Origin: Chara braunii
Lineage: Eukaryota > Plantae > Charophyceae
Direction: 5' to 3'
NCBI GenBank assembly: GCA_003427395.1
Contig: BFEA01000036.1
Coordinates: forward strand, 2,948,949 to 3,006,801
Length of the DNA stretch: 57,853 bases
In this document: in pieces, positions 1 to 11,943 of the stretch
How positions within the stretch are numbered: the stretch's first letter is position 1
Layout of the letters: each line of letters begins with the position of its first letter
Translations under genes and position numbers: made by a program
The notes under the pieces: model-generated
Databases searched by the model: none
Told to the model about the DNA's origin: nothing
What the model saw: only the letters and a program-made list of their open reading frames with translations

Positions 1-472
1 GGATGAAGTTTGGGAGATAGGATTGTCAATGCCACAGGGATCCACACATGGTGAGGTTACACTACAAGGTACCAGATCATCGTTTCTCTCGCTATCAGCT
101 CTTGCAAGGGGTAAAGCGGGGGAATTCCTAATTCACTCAGAAATAACCAAGTTTATCAAGGAACACTTCCCTCCTGGAGGTATAGGTACTCTCACACTAG
201 TAACGGAGGATTGCAGGATTGCTGAAAGAGATGTCTATCTCAAGTATGACGCCGCTAGACCAGTGGATCTGTGCCGGCCAAAGAGTGATAAATTAAAGGA
301 TCTACAGGTATTGAAAATTAAATCTAGTAAATTCTGGGTTGAGTCTGATGTCTGCACCCTCTTGGCTAGCATCCTGCGCTATGGCACCCTGGAGAAGGAA
401 GGATGTTTGGATGAAGGTAATTGAAAAATGATATAAATAGAATAATTCAGCAGACGAAACACAAAGAGGAAT

Positions 473-3400
473 ATGATAGCTGGAATTAAAGTAATTGAAG
501 CACTATATAATAAGAATAAAACATGGAATATTCTAAGAAGGAGTGCAGACTTAGACCTCAGATCCCTTAATGTAAACGGATTGGCCTCAGCCAAGCAAAA
601 AAAAAAACAAACTATATATGAACAAATCAAAGGTATTGATGGAAGAGAATGGCCGGATGTGATTTGTATCCAAGAGACTCATCTCATGAACACAGATGCT
701 CACAACTTCCGAGATGTGGCCACAACAATCTTTCCGAGCTCATGCCTTCAAGCCTGGAAGTGCCGGAGTGGCCATATGGATTCCCCCGGATTCCAGAGCA
801 GAGGTAGTTTATTGGGAAGCAGATCCTGATCAAGGAAGATGGGTATATGTTCTAGCAATGCTAGAACTTGAGATTGTCAGCATCATATATGTATACGGAC
901 CAAATGAGGCTGGAGATCGAAAACCGTTTTTTGCGAATATCCTCTCACGCCTTCCGGTAGGCTCCCTGTTATTATAGCAGGTGATTGTAATGCGGCCCCA
1001 GACAGACATCTGGATAGATGGCGTACCCCTTCCTCATGCCCTACCTACATAGAGAATGACGAACTAATTATTGCTAATTTATGTCACACCTTAAATCTGG
1101 TTGATTCTTTTAGAGTCCTTAGCCCCACGTCTAGAACATTTACATGTTTCAGAAAGGGTCAATCAGGACAAACTACTAAATCTCGTATAGATCTAATTTT
1201 GGTAGCCCAGGAGTTACAAGGGGCTCTACAGGTAGCAGAAATCTTCCCTAGAAGCCCTTTTCCTGGTTTAGACCATTCGATGTGTGTAACTATTTTTTCT
1301 TTTCATAAAAAACCTTATCAAGGCAAAGGTTATTACAAATTAAACACATCTCATCTCAAGGTAAATAACTTCGTTAATTATCTTAGTGATGTGTGACAAT
1401 TCTGGACAGAACAAAAGGGTCTCATCAATGATGAGGTAAGATGGTTCAACAACGGTCTCTACTTCATAGGCCGTAAATGCAATGAATACTCTAAAATGTT
1501 AGCTTCACAGAGACACTCAAAAGAAACACAATTACATAACAGAATCCTAGAACTTCAAAATATAGAAACAGAGTCCGAGGACCAGGAGTTCCTAGAACCG
1601 ATAGCCAATGAATTACAAGACCTGGAAAAACAGTTGTTGTCACTTATGGAGTGTAGGTGGCAAGGAATGAGAATTAGAGGCAAGCTCAGGTATCATGACA
1701 TGGAAGGCTCTATGGATGCACGCTTTTTCGCAATGGCTAAAGCAAGGGTAGGAAGGACGATTATCGAAGCACTGGCCGACCCCTTAGATGGAAATGCACC
1801 ATTAGTCACGTCCACGGCAGGTTGTACTAAGCTTGCCCGATAATTCTTTAAAATTTTATTTACTTCCCAAAATGGACATATTCCCCCGAATCAGTGAGAA
1901 GAGGAAGTCAATGATTTCCTGCTCCCGTTGAATAAGTCACTAATAGAAAAACAAAAGGAAAGTCTGAAAAAACCACTTACCAAGGAAGAAATATGGACAG
2001 CTCTGATACTAATAGAGGAGGAGAAAACACCAGGAATTGATGGACTACCTAAGGAATTTTGGGAATCCCTATGGAACGTTTTGTCTTAGGACCTTCTGGA
2101 TTACTATCAGGGAGTCTGAAAGTCAGGAGAGATGGGATAAATCGTAGGACAAGGAGTACTAACCCTCCTACACAAAAAAGGGGATAAGACCAATATTAGG
2201 AATTACCGTCCCATCACACTGCTTACAGTAGTGTACAAATTAGTAGCCAAGGCGTTAGCTGAAAGAATGTCCAAAATAATTTCTGATATAATTCATTCAT
2301 CCAAAACTGGATTCATATTTGGTAGAAATACACAAGATAATATACTTCTAGTCAATGAAGTGATCAGGATCACTCGTCAATCTAAACATAATGCGGCCTT
2401 CATCTTCATTGACTTTGAGAAAGCATATGACCATGTTGACGGGTACTTTCTAGATAAATGTCTAGTAAAATTTAATTTTGGTCCTTGCTTCAGAAGATGG
2501 ATTCAAATTCTGCATAAGAACGCTACTACTAGAATCATGGTTAATGTAATGTTGCGTCTCCTATATCATTATACAGATCAGTCAGGCAAGGAGACCCGAT
2601 TGCCCCCTACCTTTTTGTGATTATTATGGAAGCCTTAGCAGCAAACCTTCGACAACACAAGGATATTAGGCGTATTCAAATTTCTTCGATACCGGAAGAG
2701 GCAATCCCGGTCTGCTCACTATTTGTTAATGATCTCTCTCTTATGGTAGATGCATCAGAAGAAAACATGAGAGAAGTCAAAAAAATGATGGATAAATTTT
2801 GTAGATTATCTAACATGAGAGTCAATTGGGGAAGCAAAACACTAGGATGGTGGATCCATCACCAAGGTGTCAGACCCTTGGAACAACCTCAAGTCAAGTG
2901 TCTCCCGATTGACGCTCCTATTCGAGTACTAGGAATATCTCTATCTAGAACGGGAAAACCAAAAACAAACAATCAATGGATAATTCAACAAGCCCATATC
3001 AAGTTTGACCTCTGGAAAAACAAACACTCTTCTCTTTTGGGACGTGCTTTGGCTAGCAATAATATTATTTTAGCCTCCATCTGGTATAAATCAGCCATAT
3101 GGCCACTGGACAAATCAACTTTAAAAGTTTTCCAACAACAATTATCGGCCTTTCTATGGAGAGGTAATCACGAGCTCAAAAATGTCATCAGTAGAGTAGC
3201 ATGGCTATCTATTATCCAACCTAGAATTAAAGGTGGTTTAGGGATAATTGATCCGGCTACCCAAACCTTGGCTCTCTCAATACAATGGATCAAAAGGCTA
3301 CTCTTCAATCCACAAACACCCTGGTCTGCATTGACATGGGAACAAATTAGACGTTTAGCGCCAGAAACAGTGGAAAGTGTTCACCCCATGATGTGGCTGG

Positions 3401-4928
3401 AAAATTGTGATTGGCCCCTCCAAAAAGGAAAGATTAAGGAGGCATATAACGACTCACCTTCAGACAGATTAGAAGCAAGGAAAAATATATGCAATGATTC
3501 TTTCTGGATCGCTTTGATCAAGAAATGGAGAAAATTGCCATTAACTTACAAGATCCCCCCGGAAAGGTGGGAAGAAGTATGTCAACAACCCCTCTTTAAT
3601 AACAGATGGATCAGAGACTCTCAAGGGTGTGTCCTCCACTGTATGGACTCACCCTGGAAAGGATGGGTTAAAAGAGGGGTAATCATAATTAAAGATATTT
3701 GGAATAGTGAAGTTAATGATTGGATTGATCTCATAGCACTTAAAGGTCATCTTCGCTACAGTCACCATACACAACGAATAATTGAGCTAATCCCCTTGGA
3801 CTGGATCAGAATTCTTCAGAAGGGATCCAAACACAAAATAAATGACTGGGTGGCAATTAAGGATTATCCTCAAAGAATTGGTAATATTTTGGATAAATTC
3901 CAGAATGGAGATATACTCCTGGAACTCTATGATCTTTCACAGAATAATACTCTCCAACCAAAAACTTAGGGTAAGATCCAATGGGTCCAAGCTAACCAAA
4001 ATTTCAGAATTAGAGTAATTAGAATCAAAGAACAATGGCTGGCATTTGAACCAGATACTCCCATCTCTTGTTTAGCATTAGACCCCGCTAACTGGAGCTG
4101 GAGCTCATCATGCAAACAGAAGAAAATTGACAAAAATTATAAACGCACTTTACACACCCTTACTGTAAAATCCACATACAGAATGTTAAGAACAATAATT
4201 AATTTAAAAGATAAAGTATCGGCCAGGTGGATGAAATAGTTCAACCTCAGTAGAGAAGAAATGAAATCAATCAAATGGTTCAATATAATGAAATCCAAGC
4301 CGGCAGAGATGGCATCACTTCAATGGCAGATTGAACATAGATGTCTCCCCACTAATGATTGGTTGATAGATGGATCTTCCTTAGAACAAAAAGGAATAGC
4401 CTCCAGGTGGTGTAAATTCTGCAAATCTGCATTCCCCAGTAGGATGATTCCTGAGACTATTGAGCATATCTTTATGCAGTGCCCAGGAGCTATATGGTTA
4501 TGGAGGTGGTGGGACAGAATCTGGGATCAGCTATTACCACAAACTAGATGGCCATGGAATTGGAAAGCAATTCTTTTGGAAGCCTGGACTGACGAGCTGG
4601 ATGACGAATTCACGCAAAATCTCTTCATTATGGGAAGAAGAGCTGTAGTATGGGTCATTTGGGAGAGGAGATGTACGTACGAAATGGAGGGGGCTCGTCT
4701 AGATGGGCCTGAATTCACTGAAACTATTGAAATGTCGGTTCAAACAGGAATTACTGCTAAATGGGAACAAGTAAAAGAAAAACTTGAACTTCTATCCTCA
4801 AGAGACGAAATTCACAAACACATTGAGAAATTCAGTACATGCTGGCTTGGGGGCAACCAGGGGAAGGGCATAGGGAAAGTTAAATGGGAAGGGGTCACAG
4901 AAGGGAACAACCAGGAGGTAAGGAGAGA
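473..4928 (+). pseudogene. L1/Tx1-like non-LTR retrotransposon ORF2 (APE endonuclease, RT, C-terminal zinc finger), disrupted; 3' end runs into an N gap
   Basis: APE motifs SLNVNGL, DVICIQETH, AGDCNA, SRIDLIL, DHS; RT motifs KTPGIDGLPKEFW, NYRPITLL, FIDFEKAYD, VRQGDP, LFVND (degenerate YADD); CKFC...ETIEHIFMQC zinc finger; several stops and frameshifts. Confidence 0.93.
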
Positions 4929-5490
4929 NNNNNNNNNNNNNNNNNNNNNNNNNNNNNNNNNNNNNNNNNNNNNNNNNNNNNNNNNNNNNNNNNNNNNNNN
5001 NNNNNNNNNNNNNNNNNNNNNNNNNNNNNNNNNNNNNNNNNNNNNNNNNNNNNNNNNNNNNNNNNNNNNNNNNNNNNNNNNNNNNNNNNNNNNNNNNNNN
5101 NNNNNNNNNNNNNNNNNNNNNNNNNNNNNNNNNNNNNNNNNNNNNNNNNNNNNNNNNNNNNNNNNNNNNNNNNNNNNNNNNNNNNNNNNNNNNNNNNNNN
5201 NNNNNNNNNNNNNNNNNNNNNNNNNNNNNNNNNNNNNNNNNNNNNNNNNNNNNNNNNNNNNNNNNNNNNNNNNNNNNNNNNNNNNNNNNNNNNNNNNNNN
5301 NNNNNNNNNNNNNNNNNNNNNNNNNNNNNNNNNNNNNNNNNNNNNNNNNNNNNNNNNNNNNNNNNNNNNNNNNNNNNNNNNNNNNNNNNNNNNNNNNNNN
5401 NNNNNNNNNNNNNNNNNNNNNNNNNNNNNNNNNNNNNNNNNNNNNNNNNNNNNNNNNNNNNNNNNNNNNNNNNNNNNNNNNNNNNNNNNN
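4929..5490. other. Assembly gap (N run)
   Basis: Run of N. Confidence 0.99.
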
Positions 5491-7799
5491 GTGCAGGGCT
5501 AGATGACTTACCCTTAGGAATACCGACAATTTGTCAGAGTACGACACCAGTTGCTTTCAGGTAGGTATTGTCAAGGTCAACTGCTAACATAGTCAACAGA
5601 TACCTGAAGCGTAAGCGAGTGTAAACCGTAGGGACAGTCTTCCTCTTCCCCAGAAGAGCTCCTTTCCCTCTCTTTTTAACAAAAATACCGTTGTATCCCT
5701 CCTCTTCGTAATACCGACAAAGCTATTCGACAACTTTAATAATAGAGGAATGTGGAAGTGTCGTAACATCTTTTTCACGTCAAAGCAAGCAGCAATCGCT
5801 TCTTCTCCAGGAAATACTTTCGTATTAAAATACTCCAGCCTCAAAATCATATCATTGGGGCACCTTAGATTAAAGTTGGAGTCAACAGGAAGAGTCCAAA
5901 TCAATTTATTAACAACTTTGGATATGCTTATGCTGACACATACCAAGGGATCAAAGGAGGAGGGGCAGAGTGGTCTCCACTTAGCAACGTCCTTGTGTTC
6001 GGGAATAAAATAGGTGTTACCCAGATAACCCTGTGAATTAAAACTGACCATCTTCTCCACACCTAATAGACCATACTCCTTCGTTATATTTGCGATAACT
6101 TCAAACTCTGAACATTCGGTGTATTGAAAACTTGGATTGTTAGTAAACAACATATTCATGCCCCTCTGGAAACTACCTGACAACAGGCAAAAGTATCACC
6201 GATATTATGATCGATTGGAAACAAAACCAATCCCTTCAACCGTTGTTTAACTTTTAGAACTTCGACGAGCCCTTCCAACTAAATAATGTCATTATATCCT
6301 ATACTATAGTTGAAACAAGAAAGTAAATCCCTATTTGAAATTGAAAAGGTGCACTTACCCACCCGAATATTGTTCAATCCTTCGATAATACCATTTCTTA
6401 ACAGCTTAAGATTACGACAAAAGGCGGGGTACAAAATATTCTTATTGTTTCTCACTTGTCTTGGAATCCAGTGTTCTTCACTGAATCTGAACGCCACATG
6501 TTCTCCTCGTCTCGGGAGTTCGGACTCTTGACAGGTGCGCTCAAATGACAATTGTTTCGCGACACTACGAAAATTATGTAAAAGATCTCCAACAGACTTA
6601 TTTCTTGTCGATACGACCATTAATTTCCTACATATAATATGTTGCAGGGAAGAACGAATGGAGGACGATTTGATAGCTGCTAAACACACATCCCGAATCC
6701 GTTTCTTCGAAAGTCCTGAGTCAAAAAAAATTCTTATCACTACTCTAATCCTAAGATTTGCAGAAAACTTATTTCTGACAACACGAGCTATTTTCGCTCT
6801 CAAGGTCGATCGGCTCTCTTTCTTCGAAAAAACATCTCACGTGGTTGTAGAACTGAAGAAGTCCATCAAACGACTCCTGATACATCCTCTTACACTTAGA
6901 AGGTGACGTAAACAACTCAGTAAGCTCCCCTTTAAGCTTCTCAAATCATTAGCAATATCGTGAAATTTTAACAAAACGCAGATTAACCCCCTTCACGAGT
7001 TTAGCCCTATAATGTTTGAATAATTCGGTACCACCCTCTGTCTTAACAAATGATGAGCCATAGCACCTACGCAACAATTTCCACCTATCAATTTAAACAT
7101 TCCCAACAATAATGTAACACTTCACAGATACGCCCCTGATATGCTTACGAAAACACTTGTCCAAGATTTCAGGAAGGCTAGAAGAAGTGAAGCCAACGAA
7201 AGATTCAAACATAAATGGAGCATTACACGAAGGAGTAGAGTTCGAACACTCAGGAGTGCTAACCCCCTTCCTCTGGCTCCTACGTTCCCTTTTCCCCGGT
7301 CGGTGTTTCCGATATTCTCTACATCTCCCGTGAGTAGTGAAAGAATTCAGAAAATGACTAAATAGTCTGATGAAATAACTTTCAGAGCGAAGGACTTTCT
7401 CATTAGTCGAACACGAAATATAGGGATCGCCACGTATCCTCCAATCTGACAGTGCCTTAACCACTTGTACAGTCTATGATTCCTTACATTCGAGTTCAAC
7501 GGGGCGGTCACTCTATCAACATGTTCCTTCCACCTATAGCGGATCGGTGTACTGGAACACCCGATATACACGTATTTACACCACTGAGACAGCAACGCAT
7601 AAATTAGGGGGCCAGGGCACGAGGTAAAGTCATAACCATCATAAGAAAGATGACGAAGAAATGGAATAAATTTACTCCACCAAGGAATCATCCCAAGGAG
7701 AATAAACCAAACAACAACTGGTCGGAATACATTATCAATCTTACCATTCTTCAACAAGCCTAAACAAGGCTTTATGCCGACGTGCATCCCTACATGCAA
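5491..7799 (-). pseudogene. PLE1 GIY-YIG plus RT ORF, frameshifted
   Basis: ORFs 7347-7799 (GIY-YIG), 7093-7464, 6279-6803 and 5593-6183 (RT fingers) are collinear on the minus strand. Confidence 0.85.
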
Positions 7800-7878
7800 G
7801 AACTAAATCAAAGAGATCACCAGCGCTTAGTAACAAACCTTAGCATCCACCGGAGTCTTCTTCTTCCTCCTCTTCGCT

Positions 7879-8493
7879 TCACTCAGCAAGATCCTTCGAA
7901 TTCTCGGAATCCTGGATATCGAGGACATCATCATCCCCTAAAATCCGCTTGCTCTCTCGTTTCCCGTAGACTCGTTCCATATAGATGTCTGCAATCTCCT
8001 CCGCTGACGACTTGATAGTGATATAGGTCAGTCGTTCGTCATCGCAAAGTTTCTCGATCTCCCGCTTTTTCATCTTGGAGAGTTCTCCGTAGACTCTTTT
8101 CCGAAAGCTCTCCCGATACTCGTCGGGAAGTTTCTCAAATTCCACACGTGCACGCTGTCGTGCCTCTCCGAACTGTTTCGGGCTTGCTGCCTTATTCAAC
8201 CTGATCCTAAGATTGGAAGGTGAGCCACTTTTCCATGAAATCCGCTTCCTCTTCACACTAGACGGAGTATAAAAAGTTGCAACACTAACCCGCTTGATCC
8301 TTTCTTTGAGAGCTTCAACCTCTCTTTCAGCCAAACCCTTATCGTCGCGAAGTCTGCGGTAGGCTTTGAGCAGCTTCACATAATCGCCTGTCGTGGGAGT
8401 TTCTCTGCATTGATTCCGCATCGCAGTCGTCGCAACAACCCCAGCTGTAGTATTCATAACATTCTTCATCAGCGTCTTAACTTGTTTCTTCAA
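7879..8493 (-). CDS. C-terminal part of the PLE1 upstream ORF (coiled coil, basic Ser/Pro region, SAP-like helical motif)
   Basis: 204 aa; ELSKMKKREIEKLCDDERLTY resembles KTKDELMTICIDEGITY in PLE2; SAP-like call is inference. Confidence 0.6.
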   Translation of the reverse strand: MKKQVKTLMKNVMNTTAGVVATTAMRNQCRETPTTGDYVKLLKAYRRLRDDKGLAEREVEALKERIKRVSVATFYTPSSVKRKRISWKSGSPSNLRIRLNKAASPKQFGEARQRARVEFEKLPDEYRESFRKRVYGELSKMKKREIEKLCDDERLTYITIKSSAEEIADIYMERVYGKRESKRILGDDDVLDIQDSENSKDLAE

Positions 8494-8660
8494 ACAAATA
8501 ACATCTTTGAAGCGAAGTATTCGAGATATTATTCATCGGCTGTAGTATTTGTAACATTCTTCATCAGTTGTAGTATTCGTAACATTCTTCATCAGCTGTA
8601 GTATTCATAATATTCTTCATCAGCTATAGTATTCGTAACATTCTTCATCAGCGTCTTAAC
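8442..8660. repeat. 28-bp tandem repeat (TTCTTCATCAGCTGTAGTATTCGTAACA), about 5 copies with one interruption
   Basis: Directly visible; first and last copies both continue into GCGTCTTAAC. Confidence 0.9.
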
Positions 8661-8899
8661 TGGCAAAATTACTCGTTGATCAAGAAAGAATGAAAGTACA
8701 ATTTGAAGATGCTCTTAGTGCGAAGCGACGACTTGAGAAGTTGGAGCAGTAGTGAACATCGGTCAAAGTGAGCAAACAAGTGTATGACACATGTTTCATT
8801 CACAAGAGCAGCATACATAGAGCACAATGCACACCACATAAGTAGACAGAGATATAACCGAGCGCACGCACGTTAAATTGAAATCATGAAAAACACCGA

Positions 8900-8983
8900 C
8901 GCGACCAGGCGAATGGACCCTACACCATGTTTCAGCTGGTCGCTTGTCCGGCTGCGTCAGGGGTTAGTCTCGTACCTAGCGCG
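8900..8983 (-). ncRNA. Type I hammerhead ribozyme (core variant A9C)
   Basis: Minus strand reads accc-CTGACGC-agccgg(acaagcga)ccagct-GAA-aca(tgg)tgt-A-gggt, with extra distal pairing of the flanks. Confidence 0.8.
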
Positions 8984-10744
8984 GGATGAGAAAAAAATAC
9001 TAACATGAGTCTTATATAAGTTTACGCTGCCTCAATCTCAAACAAACCGGTCGGACTAACTCATTCCAATGAACTACTCGAGGTAACTGAAAACAACAGA
9101 CCCCAATAGACTAAAGTATCTAGACCTACATAGAGAATAGAACCAGTGATCTAAGAAAAGTCTGTAAGGATCGAAAAAAAATGTCAACACAAACTCGACA
9201 GAGACTCAATAAAGGTACAGGAGAAGTTAGGTACTGGGTTCGAAACTAAAATAGTCAACAAAAGGAGGAAATAAGTCAAAACAATACCAGAAGGGAGGTA
9301 AAGAGTTCGAGTCCGGGGAGTCTAAAAAGGAAACCAGATAAGATAGAGAAGAAAGGAGTTCGAATCCAGCAAATAGGAGTAGATAAAACAAGACATATAG
9401 AGATAAAACAAGACATATAGAGAAAAAAAAAAGGAAAAAGCAGGTTATAGCAGGAAGCAACAGATAGAGGATAAGAAAAAAAACAGCAGAGAAGTGTCCA
9501 CCAATACAAGGCCAGAGATGGTGATTGTGAGGGAGGCCAGAGATTAGGTAAGGGTTGAACCGGAAGCATGGAGGTAGGAGGCAATACAACCTGGTTTCAA
9601 ACGAGGATGTATGGCGTTATTGATTCTAACTGCCCATGCTACTGTTCAACCGCGGCAGACCTCGGTCAAGGCCACCGCTGTACGAGTGGACTTCAGAGAA
9701 CTTAAGGACATGCACGAGAAGGAAGACGATCATCTCACAGAAATGCGATTGCGGGAGTTGAAGGGAAGGCGGGTGGCTGAGCAAGAACTTGAGCTGGCGA
9801 AGGAAAAGATAGCAACTTGAAGATTGAAGGTCGAGAAAGTCCAACATACCCCTCATTCCAACATGCGTACAAGAATGGAAGAGGCTGGCAAAACCGGAAC
9901 CGACAAGACGAAGAAGAAGACTCACGTCGAACCAGTAGTAGGACTGAATGACCAAGATAACTTTATCAAGGAAACGAGGAAGAGTTTGCCAAAAACTAAA
10001 GATGAATTGATGACGATTTGTATTGATGAGGGTATAACATACACCACCATACAATAAACCACTAGCAACATCGTATTCAAGCGGGTCTTACAGGCCTTTC
10101 CTCCGATAAGGGTTGATTTGGTCGTCGAGTTTCAGAGGATCCGTGTGATCATGGTTAGGGCAACGGTAAGAATGTCGGGGGAGACTCTAGCACGCGACTA
10201 CATTTTGGGTTGTTGCACAACACTGCTATAGACAAATATCTTATTCCACACCTTTGTTGCGGTGTAGGGAATTATACTCTTTGTTGCAGGTAGTGATGAT
10301 TGCTTTGATAATTGTATTCCGTGGATTTCTCAATTTATTGGATAGATTTCTGACACATGGCGACATGGGATTGATGGTAACAAAGAACCTTTAGCGTATC
10401 TATTAGTTTCCCCTGGTGTAGACACGTATACATTGGGAGCACAGGAAAGGATCTTCGCTCACGATGAAATGAACATGTATGTAGCGCTAGTAACGAGAAT
10501 CTGATTTTGAAAGGCTCGTGTAATGAGAAGTTGTATTGTTGGTTGCAGCGGTGTGGTGTTGGGTACTATGTCGCGATTCCTATATGTTTTTGTTCCTATG
10601 AGGATTTGTTATCAGTCGAGCATTTCTTCATCCGATACTTCGACTCGATTTTAAATATATGGGATAGACCTAGCAAGGCTAGACATAAGCTGGTTGGAAA
10701 GAGGGAATGTAGACGAAGGTTCGTACGTATTTTTTTAGTTCCCA

Positions 10745-10920
10745 CAACATCTTCTTCTTCTTCTTCCTCTTCTTATTTTCCTTCTTTCTCCACTTCTTTC
10801 TCTTTTTCTTCTTCGGTTTTTTCTTCTTCTCCTCTTTCTTATTCTTTTTCTCTTCCTCTTCTTCGTGTACAACGGCCTCAATCAAATCCTTCTAAGTCTT
10901 CTTCCTCGTCTCTTGTGGCT
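10745..10920 (+). repeat. Pyrimidine-rich (TCT/TTC) low-complexity tract inside PLE2
   Basis: Directly visible; translates as poly-Ser/Phe. Confidence 0.8.
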
Positions 10921-11555
10921 TCTCATTCCTCTATTGGATTTGTCTTCATAAATTTGATTCGTATTCTAAATGATGCATGAGATCGCCAAATTCAGTAGTT
11001 CTCTGTTGTATGCAGAGGGGGTTTGATTATGGAAGACAACTGAAAGTTGGTCAAATGTTGTTTTGGAGGTTCAATTATCTCGGATATCTCCTGTTCGGAC
11101 GTGATTTTCTTCGACTATCTAAAGGATGGTTGGTTGGCGGGTTGATGGTTACTTTTAGCTCGGTTGTACCTTTCTTTTATAGATCGTTGTCGTTTAAGCA
11201 ACCTTGGCTCGTTTGCTTAGTGCACCTTCTTCTCGGAAGGAACTGTGCCGTTGGGAGTTAAATCAACTGATACACTCTTTCTTCGTTGTTAGATCGTTCC
11301 AGGAAAAGATAACGCGCTTCGAGTTGCACTTGATTTTGTCGAAATTCATCTCTACTCGCTTCGGCCAACTTGTTTGGAAAAGGCTGACCATTCGAATCAC
11401 GTATGATGAGTTTCTTTGTAAGGTGGAAATACGAAAACTATGTGATGAACTGATTCACAACCTTGACATTGTAGAGGCATGCAAATCGTTGCTTATCCGT
11501 CAGATGCGTGTTGTGTAGCGGAAGAAATCCGAAGAATCGTACAGTGGGCGATTTT

Positions 11556-11943
11556 TTGCGTTGCCACTTGTACGCACCCTCGTTCTAGTACGGATTCGTA
11601 CTCTTATACTCGTACGCTACTCGTATGCTAGGGGCCCCGTACGAGTTTTTTTTTTTTTTTTTTTTTTAATCCGCCAGTGTTTTTATTTTTTTTCTCAAAT
11701 TCTAATAAGAATCTGAAGATGATTCTCAGCCAAATGTTGCTTGTTTTGTGCTGTTGCATCGTATATTTTTTTTTCCAGAATTTTTCTATGACTTTGTTTT
11801 TTTTTTTTGTTTTTTTTTGCTTTTTCGTACGGGGGCGTACAAGACGTAATGGTTTCCATACAGGTTCCCGTACAGATCATGTACAGATATTACCTGTACG
11901 TTTTGTACGGAAAGTTTCCGTACATGTACTCTATGCAATGTAG
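11556..11943. mobile_element. MITE, CTRCRTTGC-end family, copy 1
   Basis: TSD GCGATTTT on both sides; ends TTGCGTTGC...GCAATGTAG; homologous to 18546 and 22189 copies. Confidence 0.9.

Larger units (their letters stand above)
5491..9600 (-). mobile_element. Penelope-like element 1 (GIY-YIG N-terminal to RT, Chlamys/Naiad-type order) with upstream ORF and upstream pLTR-like region; 3' part lost in the gap
   Basis: Upstream ORF 7879-8493; GIY-YIG PLIYALLSQWCKYVYIGCSS..RYRWKEH; PLE-type RT start YFIPEHKDVAKWRPLC...CFDVK; same-strand hammerhead at 8900-8983. Confidence 0.85.

Noticed and set aside
23-424. L1 ORF1
   Set aside because: Position fits, but no recognisable RRM or zinc-knuckle motif in the visible part
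4798-5564. ORFs spanning the N gap
   Set aside because: Their length comes from Ns
8442-8660. CRISPR array or tandem hammerheads (units contain CTGATGA on the minus strand)
   Set aside because: Units are adjacent with no unique spacers, there are no cas genes, and there is no GAAA core or stem II
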